Shown: one piece after another, positions 1 to 13,000 of the stretch
Numbering within the stretch: position 1 is the stretch's first letter
Layout of the letters: each line of letters begins with the position of its first letter
Assembly: GCA_051294905.1 (NCBI GenBank)
Contig: CM119384.1
Location: forward strand, 15,748,001-15,812,000
Source of the DNA: Botryllus schlosseri
Lineage: Eukaryota
Direction of reading: 5' to 3'
Length of the DNA: 64,000 bases
Notes under the pieces: model-generated
What the model was told of the DNA's origin: nothing
The model's input: only the letters and a program-made list of their open reading frames with translations
Databases searched by the model: none
Program-made: the position numbers and the translations under genes

Positions 1-468
1 CTCTACAAATTATGTGGTCTTAAATTGAAGGGCAAAACGAAAGAAAAATTTTGGCCGCAGCCGTTTTCTTCAGAACGCCACCGTAATGGAGCTGCAATGT
101 ATTGAAATTTCCATAGGGGCAAAACGCTCCAGCAGTCACGCAGAGATCAAACTTTATATAGTTATAGGCCGATGTTATGAAGGAAATAGAATACACTAGG
201 CCCGATCTTGACATAAATCTCCTTATCTGACATCTTCCAATGAATAAACCACCTTGGCGTGTACAACATATTTCCTTCATAACATCGGATGACAACTATG
301 TAAAGTTCGATTTCTGCGTGACTGCTGGAGCGTTTTGCCCCTATGGAAATTTCAATACATTGCAGCTCCATTACGGTGGCGTTCTGAAGAAAACGGCTGC
401 CGCCAAAATTTTTCTTTCGTTTTGCCCTTCAATTTGAGACCACATCATTTTTAGAGTGCAGTGCCCCT
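1..468. mobile_element. Kolobok-like palindromic MITE (left tip just outside the window)
   Basis: Positions 1 to about 190 are the reverse complement of about 265-456. The right end is GTGCCCCT followed by TTAA at 469-472. Confidence 0.8.
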
Positions 469-740
469 TTAAGGGTGTGGGTCTCCATGAGAAATGAATC
501 GCAATACCAGACCCTTGAACTTTGATATGTATTGCCTGATTTTCGCTCGTAATCCTAACAGGTAGCACCTGACATATTATATTATGTCAATATTAACATG
601 ATCATAAAATTGACTCCCCCGCCACCCATGATTCGTGCAGCCACCATTTGTGAAACGTTATTTGGCCATCACTGACATCCGCTTTGCGTATTTCTCAAAT
701 AGACTTCTATATATATAGCGGTTTCTCTATTCCTATATAG

Positions 741-775
741 ACAGCTATAAGCCGATCAACAGCAAACGTTGCAAG
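741..775 (+). CDS. Tentative upstream HECTD2 micro-exon (TAISRSTANVA-R)
   Basis: Pyrimidine-rich acceptor gtttctctattcctatatag and donor AAG|GTTTCG. The phase-2 end joins exon 919 in frame. No convincing protein similarity. Confidence 0.25.
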
Positions 776-918
776 GTTTCGCCTGTGACCATACAAATGC
801 AATTTTGTGCATTGCTGTTGGCAATTGTTCTATTAGGAAAATTTGCAAAACGTTTAGTGGTAATTTTTTCACCCTAGACATGCTGCAACCCAATCCTTGA
901 CGTCTATATGCATTGCAG

Positions 919-1041
919 GCTGGAATTACAGAAGTGTAAGAAGTCCGGTACTGGTGCCGCAAAGTCTACAAAGCGAATCCAAGAATTCTACAAATCCACT
1001 TTCGACTCGTTCGCCTCCATCAATGACACTTTCAAAAAGAG
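919..1041 (+). CDS. HECTD2: HECTD2 exon (LELQKCKKSG...IQEFYKSTFDSFASINDTFKK)
   Basis: cattgcag acceptor, AG|GTATTG donor; resembles human VHDFYLTTFDSFPELNAAFKK. Confidence 0.85.
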
Positions 1042-4000
1042 GTATTGCTAAAGGGCTCGGCGTGTGATAAAAATGATTTTCGCAAATCTGTTGGTTTAGC
1101 TGCTGCGACAAATGGATATCAACGCCACTTCCGTGATTGTCGAGCACACTGAAATGGTATTGGTCGCGATGATGTTTTGACAATATTTCCTGATTTTACC
1201 CTCAATTTTATATCAAATGAATAGAATACTATACCCCGAGGAATAAATAGATTATGAGTAATAATAGAAGGAAAAGCTTTTGTAGTTAGTCTCCCATGTT
1301 TGAAGTGGGATTTCTACTAGCCGATTGATAGGGATGTATTGTGGCAATGTTGCATAGGTGTAGATACAACTGTTTCGCCTTGTGTCAACACTAGTCGGGT
1401 GATAGGCCATTGTTGATTTTTGGGAGGACCGTGGTTGCTGCAACACACCTCTCCTCAGTTCCGTGATTGACATATTTTATGGTTTACCTTCAATAACAAA
1501 TGTGGTTTGAGCAGAGTGCTGTGTTAACTCTTTCGACAGATACCCCACGCCTGTGTTGAGTGCGCAATATGGCATGAATTTGGAGTTTTAGATCGTCAAG
1601 TGCATTCTTGCGTTGTATATCTTGGGTGGTCTGTCAAGAGGTATTTTTATTGTCGTACTGCCGAGACCAACCTTGTTAAGTCCTTGTGGATATGACTTTG
1701 GCAGTACTGTTGAATTGGTGCTTGCCGAGTAGACATCAAACATGACATTGCATAACAATGGAAAGCGGTATTCAATTGTACATTCCCCAGTGCCAATGAA
1801 CCACTCCTTCAATATGAGTACAGTGGGTCTGCGGTTGTGAAAAGCTATTTGATGTTATGTAAAACAAAGTTTTGACCTAGGTAGAAAGTGCCAGTATTAT
1901 GTCAAAGGTGTGTTCAAGATTTCTAAATTCGCGGCCGCACACTAGCTATGATCGCAAAAATCGTTTTTGTAGAAACGACGGCCAGAAATCGTCTTCGCAG
2001 CCGAACAGAACTTCTTCGGCGCAACACCTGCCGGATCATCTCGTCGATCAAAAATTTGTCGGGCTCATGTACGAAGTTCTTTCGGAACTGGTAAGGTAGC
2101 AACTTGTTTCAAAGTAAGCCTACGCAATTAATTTGAACTGACGCTCATCGATTTTGAAAATTTCATAAAAAAATTCCATGTCGTGCCCCTGTCATGCTCA
2201 GCTACATGCATTTTTGAAAATTTTGGATTAAGTTAAAAGAGGCCGTAATACATGCAGTTTTACAGTAGTTTTCGACATGTACTGCCATATTCCAAACAAT
2301 GACATGTAGCAATGTCTGGTTGGTTCTTATGATTCCGTCCTGAACTGAATAGCTAAAACAGCTACTATTATTCAAGTTTGGCAGACTCTGCTTGAAATAT
2401 TTTAATCTAAATATTCGTTCAATTGCTCACTTGCAGCATCTCGGTGTGTTTTTCGTGTGAATTATTAACAGAAATTTGATTGCCGCAGCGTACTGATGCA
2501 ATGGCTTGTGAGTTGTAATCAAACCGATCTACATTTGAGCCAATGATATTGAATGTGAATTTCACAATATAAACGTTCGCGCAATCTATCTATTTTTGGA
2601 TTGTTTGCAAGCAAAAGAGGAATCAATAGGATATATTTGTTATATCTTCTGGCTATGCTATGTTCCTTACATTGTCAGTTTAGTGTAGAAAATTTTACAT
2701 CAATGGATTATTATTGGCGAGCATGTCGGCCAATGAGACTAGGTGAGATCAATCGTCAAACCGTTTTGTTTTGAGGCGAGTGCTGATTGGCGATTCGTGT
2801 GCCACACACGGATAGCCGCATGTTCTGGTGAAACACATTTAAATCTGTACATATTATGCACAATGCTACAAATAGGTTTGAATATATATTCTGTTGTCAG
2901 GATACAGAGTCTCTTTCGTCGAGTTGTCGCGGCAATATCACACATGAAAGTGATGGAAGCATATCCCAGAATTGCATTCCACTTAACAAAATTGCAATAT
3001 GTAATAGTAGTTTTTCTCCCCCAAAAAACAACCCCTCGAGTGCTTGGAAAAACGCAGAAACGCTTTTCTTGGTTTTTGTCTTTGTCTTCCAATAATTATC
3101 ACTTGATAAAAGTTTATACTTTTCTATGCATTCAAATTTTGTCATGATAGCGTAGATATAGTCCAGGCTTGAATGTAGCTTGTTTTTAGCCGCAAGAAAC
3201 TCAAAAGATTGTTCTGAAAGGTATTATCAACTGTCTACTCAAGGAATGGCAAGGGTAGGTAATTTCCTTATGAATTATAGATGCGTAATAATGTCGGCCG
3301 ATTGTCCGCGTATCTCAAGGTGTGCACCCGTCAGAATCGTCCCACCAAAACACCATGAAATATTTAATGTATCCCTATGAATATTCCATCGGCGTGCGTG
3401 TAATTTGATGTGTGTTTTCCTTTGTTTAGAACAAAATCGAACAATGAGATACGCGCGTACTTTATCCTTCTGCAATGTCCGTTATTTGTGAAATCGTCTA
3501 CCTACGTGATATACGCCCATCTGTTGAGGCAGATTGCGACCCTGCACGATAAAGAACAGGCCCTGCTTACCCAGTGGCTGAGAAGGTATGGGATATGGCA
3601 TCAGGGTAACTTTTTAGGGAAGCGCTCAGTGGTGGAATACTCTACCTTCTGGAGTACTGGTACTTGGTACGTTTTGGTTCCGTGGACAGTGCCCCCCTCG
3701 GAAACGAACCAGATAACAACCGCCCCTAGCCCCGACAGAAACTACGTTGGCGCTAATCGTTTTTTAGGTTCATAGACAACACGATACACTTTATTTCAGT
3801 TACAACTATGTAGAACTTTCAGGACAGACACAATCAAGGAATAAAATGAAATAAATGACAATTTTTCTTCCAAAGACAACATACCATGTTGTGGTAAGCA
3901 CATAAAACTCCATCCTCATTGTACCTGCGTTCAAGAACTGGGTTCAAGAGACCTCTCTGATTAATAATTATGTTCGTTGATTGATGGATTGGTTGGTTAG

Positions 4001-7000
4001 AATAACAACAATCAAAGTTGACAGAGAGCGTTGGTAACATTGCCGATTGGATGTGCCTTGCACAACTGCGAACGATGTGACATATATCTGTTCTTAGTGC
4101 ACAGACAGAGCTATCAATTTACGGAATTTCCAAAAATATATCTATCTTGCATGACGCCCACTTCTATTCTCATAGGCCCCAACTCATGACCACAGGTGGT
4201 CAGTAAGGATATAGTGCTGATTTTTTCTATCACTCAAGAAGGCTTAGTCTACTTGTTCTACTAAAGTAGTTGTCTTGTGACTGTGAGACTGCTCTCACTT
4301 CAATTGAACATTTTTTAGGAAAAACTACTTATTTTTACAATATCGATTTGGTAAAGTGCAAAGTATTTTTGGGGTATTTTTTTCATCGTTTAGAAGGGAA
4401 ATTATCAATAAAACCGGGTGAAAGAGCCCTGTATCACATTAACTTACTACGATATATTCTCTATAGTAATTGATAGATACACCCTCAAATTTTGAAAGTG
4501 CTCACCTCCGATGAACCGCTAATAGTACGCCACCCATGGACCTAATCTACTTTTTGATGCTATGTACTTGAGTACTTTTCATCCCTTCATATACTACTTC
4601 TGAATGAATTTGTTTTGACATGTCTTTGAAATTTCTTCTACTATTCTACTTGTAATTATGAAGAAATTTGAGGAATTCTACTTTTGCAATAGTAGGCTAC
4701 CACCACCACGCATGAAAATCTTTTACCTGCAGTTTGAATATATTGGCTGCCGAAATGCTTTTCAGACGTTGAACTTCAATTTGAGACCGCATCATATTTA
4801 GAGCGTAGTGCTCCTAATGGTCACTATTTTTTATTCACGAAGGCTTTCCACTCCGCGCTTTCGGCCGATCGTGGAGCGAATTCACCAATTCATCACTCTG
4901 CGGCTGTTCCCGGACAAAGGCTCAAAGCAGCCGGATCTCCCGCCGATGAGCAAATGTCCGTGGTGGATTCCGTCTGCGATGAAGGTCTTAACTCTCGCTC
5001 GTAAGTGCCACCCGTACGCCATCTGAAATGCGCAGGTCCTTGCTTTTCACCTGTTATTACTCATGAACGAGTCTCGAAAGCCCGTAGCGGATTCCGAGAC
5101 CCTTGAAAAGTTTCCAGACTGTCCAGCAAGTATATTTCAGTTTTGTTCTGAATCGCAAAATGTATGAGACTGAAGGCCTATCTGTTAATCAGAGCAACAA
5201 AACGCAAAATTTTGAACGTGGGAATGTACAATGTAATTTAGAACACTTCCTGGTGTGATTTAGAGCAGTGCTTTTCAATCTTTTCTGGAATGGTGCTCCC
5301 TTCTGCGCACCCCTGTCAGGTCAAGCTACATAAACTGTGTGAGACAACTAACAAGGAAGATCATTAGTTACACTTGTCAAATTGTATGATATCGGCGTTC
5401 AATATATGTGCACCGACTAAAAATAAAGGTTCTCACTTTCATCAACTGTCAAATATTGGTCCATTACAGAGGTTGATTATTGAAATTACGTTGACAAAAT
5501 CACGAGCTTACCCACAGGATATGAACCGCCGATTTCAAGTGTAATGTTACTCATGTTCGCTTTCGTACAGGTGCAATCCATGCAGATTTTCATGCACCAT
5601 GGTGTGCACCGTGCACACCAGTTGAACTGATATAGAGTTCACGGTATATTTTTGACTTACCCTATGTCACAATGCCTGAAGTCTTGTAACAAAATGTTTA
5701 AAGTAGTCTACAACTGGTTGAAAGCTGTAAAGAATTTTTGCAGAAAATTTTACAAAATTTGATAGTACAATTTAGCAATATATGACTGTATAATAGAATC
5801 TAGCCAACAGCGAAGTCGTTAGTTAAAGTTACAGACTTTTGAAAGTTCACTGGTCCACGACATTTATTTTGAAATTTTACCGATCTACAAGCTGAAAAAA
5901 TTAAGAGCCACTAGACTAAACATGTCCTTGTCATGCATATTTTATTAGTCTCACTGTCACATAGCCCTGGTACGTGGATGCGAAGGATCAGACACTGGTA
6001 CTTATTGGTACACATATGCTCCGCGAGTTTGTTACGTATGCCCTCTAGTCTCATTTTATAAATACTTTATACTAGGCTTGACGCGTAACGTAGATCGATT
6101 TCCAACAGACAACGCTAACAACCTCATCAAGCCGCGGCTGATATCGTACAGGGAGTTTTACAACGTGAGCCTCGATCATATTGATGTCATGGCGGAATTC
6201 AAGCAATGGCAGAGTCAAGCCAGTCATCCCGGGTAAGACAGGGCTTTTATATTATGCTCAAACCTATACACCCGGTTGCTATCCGGTTGAAAACGCAGTG
6301 GTAACAGATATGACGGGCACAAATGCGTGGGATATAATATCGTTATATCGACCAGCGTTTGTTTGTTGTTTTTGCCCAAACCACGAAATTGCAGTAAGAC
6401 CACACTGAAGTAACCTGTCACTAAAACTGAGTAACAGGTTACTCACTATTTTCAGATTCACGTTTTGTCAATATCCGTATATTCTGAGCTTGTCGGCAAA
6501 GCGACACATCTTGAGACGAGACCAGGAACGGCAGATGATAAGAACCGCCAGAGACGAACTTGTGACCAGCGTTCGAAGGTGTTGTGTGGACGACTTTTTT
6601 TCTATTTTCTGGGCGTTTTCCATTTTTTGTATAACTAAGTAAGTAAAAACCCACGTTTAGGAGTGAAATTGTCGTACTCTCGGGTGAAATAGCCCCTGTA
6701 TCAAGGTACTGAATATATTTTGGAAGATTTGGACAATTTTCAGTGTCATCGGTCATTTTGCGTCAGTCGGGGTGATCTGTCTAGCAATTACGAAAGTAGC
6801 CACCTACGATCGGCTCCTGAAAGTATGTGACGTCTCGACCAAATCTACTTTTGAAACTGCTTACTTTAAGTACTTTCATATCGTCATTTTCTACTTCTGC
6901 TTGAAGTAGTTTTTACATGTCTGAGAAATCACTACTTTGTAATTGAGTAGAAGTTTCCGTCACCACCTCTATATCTACTCGAGTACCAACGTCGGGTACT

Positions 7001-10000
7001 TTGACCACCTCTGATGTGCACCAGGGGGCATTTGCTCTTGTAATGGACATGGACATGAAGTATTCGTTTACAAATGTCTATAGAGTACTACAGATGGATT
7101 ACGATGTGTTGTGGCATGTGTTTCAAAAGCTGCAAAAATATGTGTTTGTAGTCTTTTTGTGATGTCACTATTCTGTTGTGACATCACCAAGACCATAATG
7201 CAAATTTTGAATGCCCACTGGCCATGCCCCTACGTCTTGTACTACAAATATCTAAGTTTAAATTCGCAGTTCACAGTACAGAACTTCAAAATTGCTTTCA
7301 TCACAAAATCAATTGCAATACTACATTTATCATAACGCAAAGACTTTTTGGGTGTGTCTTATCAAGAACTTTTTGTTCACAAAAGGATTCAAACGGATTC
7401 AAAAGTGCAACCAACAAGGCAAAGTATGACATACCATAAAATTCCTGTTGTAATTGTTACGGCAACAAAATTTAAAATGAAGCAAACTAATCGAAGCTCA
7501 ATTTTTCATGAGTACCTGACTCAATCTCACGTATTTAAAGGTATCAATATACATATTCATAACCATGTTCCTGTCGGCATGTAAGAGCTAAATTCCATCC
7601 ACTAGTGGGCATTGTAGAGTAAATTTTTGTTACTGAATCGGATTGCCGTTTGCAACGTGTCTGATGCTGTGAAAAGTAAGTAAGGACTGACCCCAATTCA
7701 TAAATTCAGGAGACCAACGAGACCGCCGGACGTTAATCAGCTGTTTTTGAATATCAAAGTCAAACGTCAGAATCTACTGCAGGACTCCCTGTCGCAAATA
7801 TACGGGTAAATTATGCTGCAAGCTTATGTTAAATTGCACTACGCTATAAATATGATGTGGTCTCAAAGTAAAGATAGAAGGGTGAAATAGATTTTGGCAG
7901 CAGCCATTCTCCTGAGAATTCCACCGTATACAAAGTGCAGGTCACGATTTACACGAATGTTGCACTCCACCGTAGCTGATCTCTGTGGTGCCGTTATCCA
8001 GGGTTGTTACCTTGTCAGAAGGTTCCGAGTCACAAGCCAATTTGACTTCTATAGTTTTGACCCAAGTCGAGTCATTTTCAATTCAACACCAAGTCAAGTC
8101 TGAGTCCGAGTCAAGGAGAAACGGGTCGAGCCCGAGTCATAGTCTCATGACTCGAGTCCGAGTTCACGTCAGGCTCAAGTCACTTCTGTGAAACACTTGG
8201 GTGATATCGAAGGTCTCAGATTCATCATGTACTCATTGTCGCACTATGAACATGATTATTCAAACAAACAAAAAACAGTTTCCTGGCCTAATTTTCAATT
8301 ATTATCGGACTCTAATATGTTGTGCAACGAGTCGCGTGCTATGACTCGACTACAAGTCGACTCAACACACAAATTGACTCGAGTCAAGTCAAGCCATTTT
8401 CCATTTTTAAGCGAATGACTCAAGTCAAGTTGAGTCAACGAAAAATTACGACTCGAGTCATTACAACCCTGGCTGTAACCCTTTGCGAAAGTTCTGGCAC
8501 ACATCTCATCTCTATATTATCAAGTCGGGAATTTGAGATAGTTGGTGACATTATGTCAGCCAATTTGATGAAGGAAATGTGTTGAGCTGCCAAAGGCAGC
8601 ATAGCAAGGGCGCAGTCTCTCCGCAAATGAATCCGCCAGATTCCTTGTCAGAGTTTTAAGAGAATGTATCATATATGATGCAAAACAATTTAGTTACTAA
8701 AAGACATTCTGGTGTTTTACAATAGGATCTTCCTCGGTAAGATGTCATAGGCGGGCTTGACCCTACCGGCAAGAATTCAAATATTGGACGTTTTGGGTGG
8801 ATATCATGTAACATAAAATCTGGAAGCATAGTCGATAGAATGTTAAGAGTAGGACAAGTTTTTGTTGCAGGTAAATCCGTGGAAAGTTGCATTTATTTTT
8901 GAAAAAAGTTGCAGAAGTTGCATTTTGACCACATTTTGCTTGGTTGCCAAAAAAAGGTCAATTTTCCGGCTCAGCTCCCGAAATACCCGTAAAAGCGTTA
9001 CTTCAGTGCTGATTTACGGTGTTTCAGTCGAATTTGGCCGTGTATTTCACCAAAATCGAAAATACTTTCATGAAAAATTTGAAAAAGTTGCAAAAAGTTG
9101 CATGAAAAATATGGACAAAAGCTGCAAAAAGTTGCACTATAAGATTCCTTCAAACAGCCTAAAACAGCACTCTACATATCTTAAGAGTATTTAGGAAGCT
9201 GCCGGAAGCTGTAAAAAAAAGTTGCAAAAGTTGCAAAAACTTGCCCTAGTAATGAGGTGAATTTCAATATATACTGATTGTAATTAGAGCAATAATCATG
9301 TAGCATGAAATATGGAAACGTAGCAGATAGAATGTTAAGAGTGACGAAGTAAATTATAATACATTCTGGATGCGATTGAAGGAATAATCTCACTAGTTGT
9401 AGAAAAAAGTGTACGGAACAAGTAAGCGAAGATAAGTAATATGGTACCATGAATGTGACTCGGTCCAAAGCAACTCTACCATAGCACCTCACGTCGTCAT
9501 GGGTAATAAAGGTGTGGGCAGGGCATCAGCCATTCCTTTTCTGTAGCAAATACAGTCTTATCTTTCATTTGAGACCACATCATTGTTAGAGAGCAGAGCA
9601 CATCCAACCAATGTGTTACGCAGAATACATCATGGTACTTCTTGATGTGGGTCTAACAACTTACATGTGACCGTGCGTGTGAGCTCTTGAAAACTCTAAA
9701 ATATCCAATTTGCAAAACTTGATTACGAGCCGTCATGTATTGAGCAGGATTAAGATGAACACTGACCGCCGTAAGTTCGCTACATGTGTTTTAAAAGACG
9801 TCTTAATCAGGTTTACTACTATCGTGTTGATTTATCATGCCTTAGCGCACACCTACCGTTTGTCGCAGAGTCTCAATTATAAGGTAGTTGCACTGATGCA
9901 CAGTGTGATCTATTTCTGGCATATTTTTGTCGTAAACAGTCGTCGCTACACTTGGTGATGCGGCGGCTCTGGCACGTGTGTGCCGTGTATGTTGTTGCGA

Positions 10001-13000
10001 AAAGTACGGTGCGTCTTTACTTGCAATGCCGCACGATTGATCATATGACAGGCTGTTACGTTGCCAAAATTTGTAATTTGAATATAGTATTTGTTTGTTT
10101 GTTGCTGTGAGCTCTAGCTGAGATGATGTTGGAAAAATTCGGAAACAGGAAAACTTCCGCTACTTTTTTGAAATCCCGGCGCAATGCTTTTGGTTTGATG
10201 ACAGATTGAGTTCACGTCTGAGCAGTGCCACTCGATAAGTAATTCATTAAAAAAATTACCAAATCTTGTGCGCTCTTACAAGATTTATAAAATGAGAAAT
10301 CACTATCTTGTCCTTGGAAGCTGTGAAAGCAAAATTAGTTGAATACTCGAGTGGTGGTGTGAGTACCGCAAGTACCTTTTTTTTAGTCAATTCGCCAGCG
10401 ATCAGAGTTGGGCGAATGAATTTCCCGTTTATATGTCCTCTTTTTTGGCCCGTAAATATGGGGCGTGAAAATTTGTGTAGAGCTTGTTAACGGGGCGATG
10501 TGTTTATGAGGTTAGGAACCACTGTGCTAGAGTATTTGGAAAAAGTTGAAGTTTCTTATCACCGATCCCCTATGTCAGTGCAGTTCCCAATTGGGATCTC
10601 ACTAAAGCTAACGCATCCCGCATGTTTAGAAACCGTCATCATCTGAAGAAGAAACTTCGCGTCGAGTTTATCGGCGAACCTGGCTACGACATGGGTGGCC
10701 TCACCAAGGAATGGTTCCTGCTACTTTTGAGACAGGTGACTTCTAAGCCGTCTGTGACATTTAACTACTCAACTGTTTTTTTGTTGTTGGTATGTTGCAT
10801 AATGTTAGTTTTTTTTTCAAGTTTCAAGTTTGAATGCTCCAGCATTTGGCTTCAACAGAGGCGGACAGTAACAAGTACTTCTACTTTTTCAGAGCACTCT
10901 ACTGTTTTTTCTATTTGCACTGCTTAACTCACATGGTTATGATTTTCAGAATACTTCCGCTTTCCCTGACAGTTTTTGTTAACTTCGGTCATATATATCC
11001 ATTAACAGCAACAAGGATATATGCCAATGTTAAAGCAGATACAATAAAGTAACGGCTGCTTGGTTCTTAAATCAAATATCAAATTGACGAAAAAATAGCG
11101 GTTGTCTGCAAGCAGCTTATCTCAGAGAAAAGTGCATAACACGGCCTTCACTCCAAGTAGACTGCGTTTCGAAATATTTTAATCTGGAATTATCCGCGTC
11201 AAGCCATGAATTATTGATCAGCGCGCGGCGTGCAGGCAAGTTTTTGCGTCTCTCAATTAGTAATTTATTGGAATATGAAGCTATGATCCAAAACAGGGTG
11301 ATTGTAATTAATCATTCATGTACATTGTACATTTTCCATGAATTCTGTCTGCGTCATGGAAATGTGAATCTTGTGCGCTTACTGTGACAATGTCCAATAA
11401 TGTCTAAAAGTATGAGAGCGGTAATTTTATTTGCTCACCCCGTTCCTGCGTGTTTGAGCCAAATTTGAATAAAAGAAAGAAATTGTGATACTGCTTTCGA
11501 ATCCGCAATCGTATTGCAAATTCCAAGGCTATGTCACGGCAGTACCTTGAACTTGTGATCCTGTACAAGTGTGTCTCTTAATTCTGGTGTGATTAGAAGT
11601 TTATCACATCAGAAGCAGTCCGAATTCACATTCAAACCTAGTCGGTCACATGACATGACGCATTATAATCACAGCTATTTGATGCGTCAAGGGAAGTTTT
11701 ATGTGAATATTCTGACACGGTCGCTCATTTGATTACATTTTGTATTCTAAGGAAGTATGTTCCGTTTGGAAGTGCTGTGAGGAGAAACGTAACGATTAAC
11801 CCCTTGATTGTTGTCGAAATTTGATTTTTTTTTGTAGTTTCGGCTGAAAATCTTTCAGTTATTCTAATTCCACCAATCACTTTTTTTTTGGTTTTAAGTT
11901 CCCATTGAAATTTTCACTTTACCATGCGATTTTGAGTCCTTGCAGACATTCGCCATTCGTCGAAGCAAAATTTGTATGCCAAATATCTGTACTTCTGTAC
12001 ACTAAACACCACGGGAGTTTATGCTTCTTCGAAATATCCAGTGTTGGTATTTCTCAAAGTGATAAAGTGAAGCATTTGCACCTTGCCAAATTTGGTTTTG
12101 ATAGCGAGAGATTTGACTTATGAATCCTAACTGAGTGTAGGCTTATCTGCTCATTCATTTTCTGATAAAAGTCATTTCCACTTGACAAATGAAGTATGCA
12201 AAAATTATTATTTCTGCATGAAAACTGTGGAGGTAGAAGTAGTATACAAACAAGAATACTTCAGTAAGCATCGTAAGTATATAAAAACTTCTAAACTACT
12301 CTGTCACAATAGATTTACCTTGTTACTAATGACATCTGGCCTGTGTGGGATAAAGAGTTCGTTAATGGAGCGATTACTGAAAAAAGTTTGAGAACCACAG
12401 TCTAATCTGTGTTGTTTATCTACTGGTAGAGGGTTAATTAAATGTTATGTAACCAGTATTGATCCATACTTTGATTGCGTAACAATTCTCTTGAGAACAT
12501 GTTTCCACACACTTGAGCTGACATATGGTCTTTGCGTTGAGATACGCAAAGTCATGTTCCAGTATCTCGCCACGGGCGAGCCGTCGTACGGCGACATCTG
12601 TGCTGTGTGGATTATACCGAACCTGTTTCAGAAGTAATATGGGCTCCCGTAATTATTTGTTGCCAATATTGCAATTCTTGGAACAATCAATACATGACTC
12701 ATTAAGAATTGCTGTTATTCTCGAGCCTTGTTTGGTACTTGAGCAATACAAATGTATATTATGGTAATTAAAATGTGAACAATGTTCATAGTGTAATCCA
12801 GAGCTCCTAGTATAAGACCTTGTTTGGACCTAAAATGTTCAAATCCTTCCTTGACGGGCATATCATTATATATAGGTATATATCAATGGTACAGTGCCTG
12901 TACTGCAGATAAATAGCAAAATTATTAAGTAGTTAACTAAATCAAGACAAAGCTGATATAGAGAATGATTCAATGTGCACCGCTATAGTAATTATTTTTA

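Noticed and set aside
1252-1830. Coding-looking minus-strand stretch in a HECTD2 intron
   Set aside because: Three-frame translation of the about 1500-1830 part and the ORF-track peptide for the rest gave no recognisable protein; possibly an ancient TE remnant.
1973-2090. Exon open in all three + frames (possible dual coding)
   Set aside because: Only 118 nt, so plausible by chance; only one frame fits homology and phases.
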